Shown here: positions 63,766 through 64,000 of the stretch, piece by piece
Layout: every line of letters begins with the position of its first letter
How positions within the stretch are numbered: position 1 is the first letter of the stretch
Assembly: GCF_003918875.1 (NCBI RefSeq)
Contig: NW_025764904.1
Location: 2,170,001-2,234,000 of the forward strand
DNA: 64,000 nucleotides
From: Haliotis rubra
Taxonomy: Eukaryota
Direction of reading: 5' to 3'
Notes under the pieces: generated by a model
What the model saw: the letters and a program-made list of their open reading frames with translations, nothing else
Databases searched by the model: none
Told to the model about the DNA's origin: nothing
Translations under genes and position numbers: made by a program

Positions 63766-64000
63766 ATATTCTGATTTAGTCCAAGAGAAGTTTACGGACT
63801 AAATTATAGTTGATGGAAATGGTTATTGCCCTTTTCTTCCAACGTGTTACCAAAATGTTAGTCAATATTTTCGATGCTTAATAAATTATTATATGCATCA
63901 CTATTTAATTATCATATGGGATGTTTTATGTCTCAAAATAATATCACGTAATTTAGCAATAAAGGTGAAGTTTAGGAGGTGTTCAAACTGTTTGACTCAT

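Overview
AT-rich, repeat-dense animal genomic DNA. It is most likely a gastropod mollusc such as abalone, inferred from the repeat families and not verified. There are only two host genes: divergently oriented, two-exon voltage-gated K+ channel paralogues of the non-Shaker (Shaw/Kv3-like) type. Gene 1 is on the minus strand (exons 13442-13909 and 1957-2826) and gene 2 on the plus strand (exons ~31894/31990-32451 and 32838-33734). Both keep the TVGYGD filter but have lost the second proline of the S6 PxP gate, the signature of silent/regulatory Kv subunits. The rest is mobile DNA: a full-length Mag-clade Ty3/Gypsy element with identical 173-bp LTRs, two Tc1 elements, Mutator (MULE) remnants (one with a minisatellite grown out of its FLYWCH coding sequence), Penelope-like and CR1 fragments, several MITEs, about 20 copies of a tRNA-Asp-derived SINE, a 5S-derived CORE SINE, and about 20 copies of a promoter-less retroposon. 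That retroposon has a precisely defined 5' end that folds into a compact pseudoknot and is a candidate novel self-cleaving or processing RNA. A 3.3-kb tandem duplication flanked by N-runs in the gene 1 intron is probably an assembly artefact.
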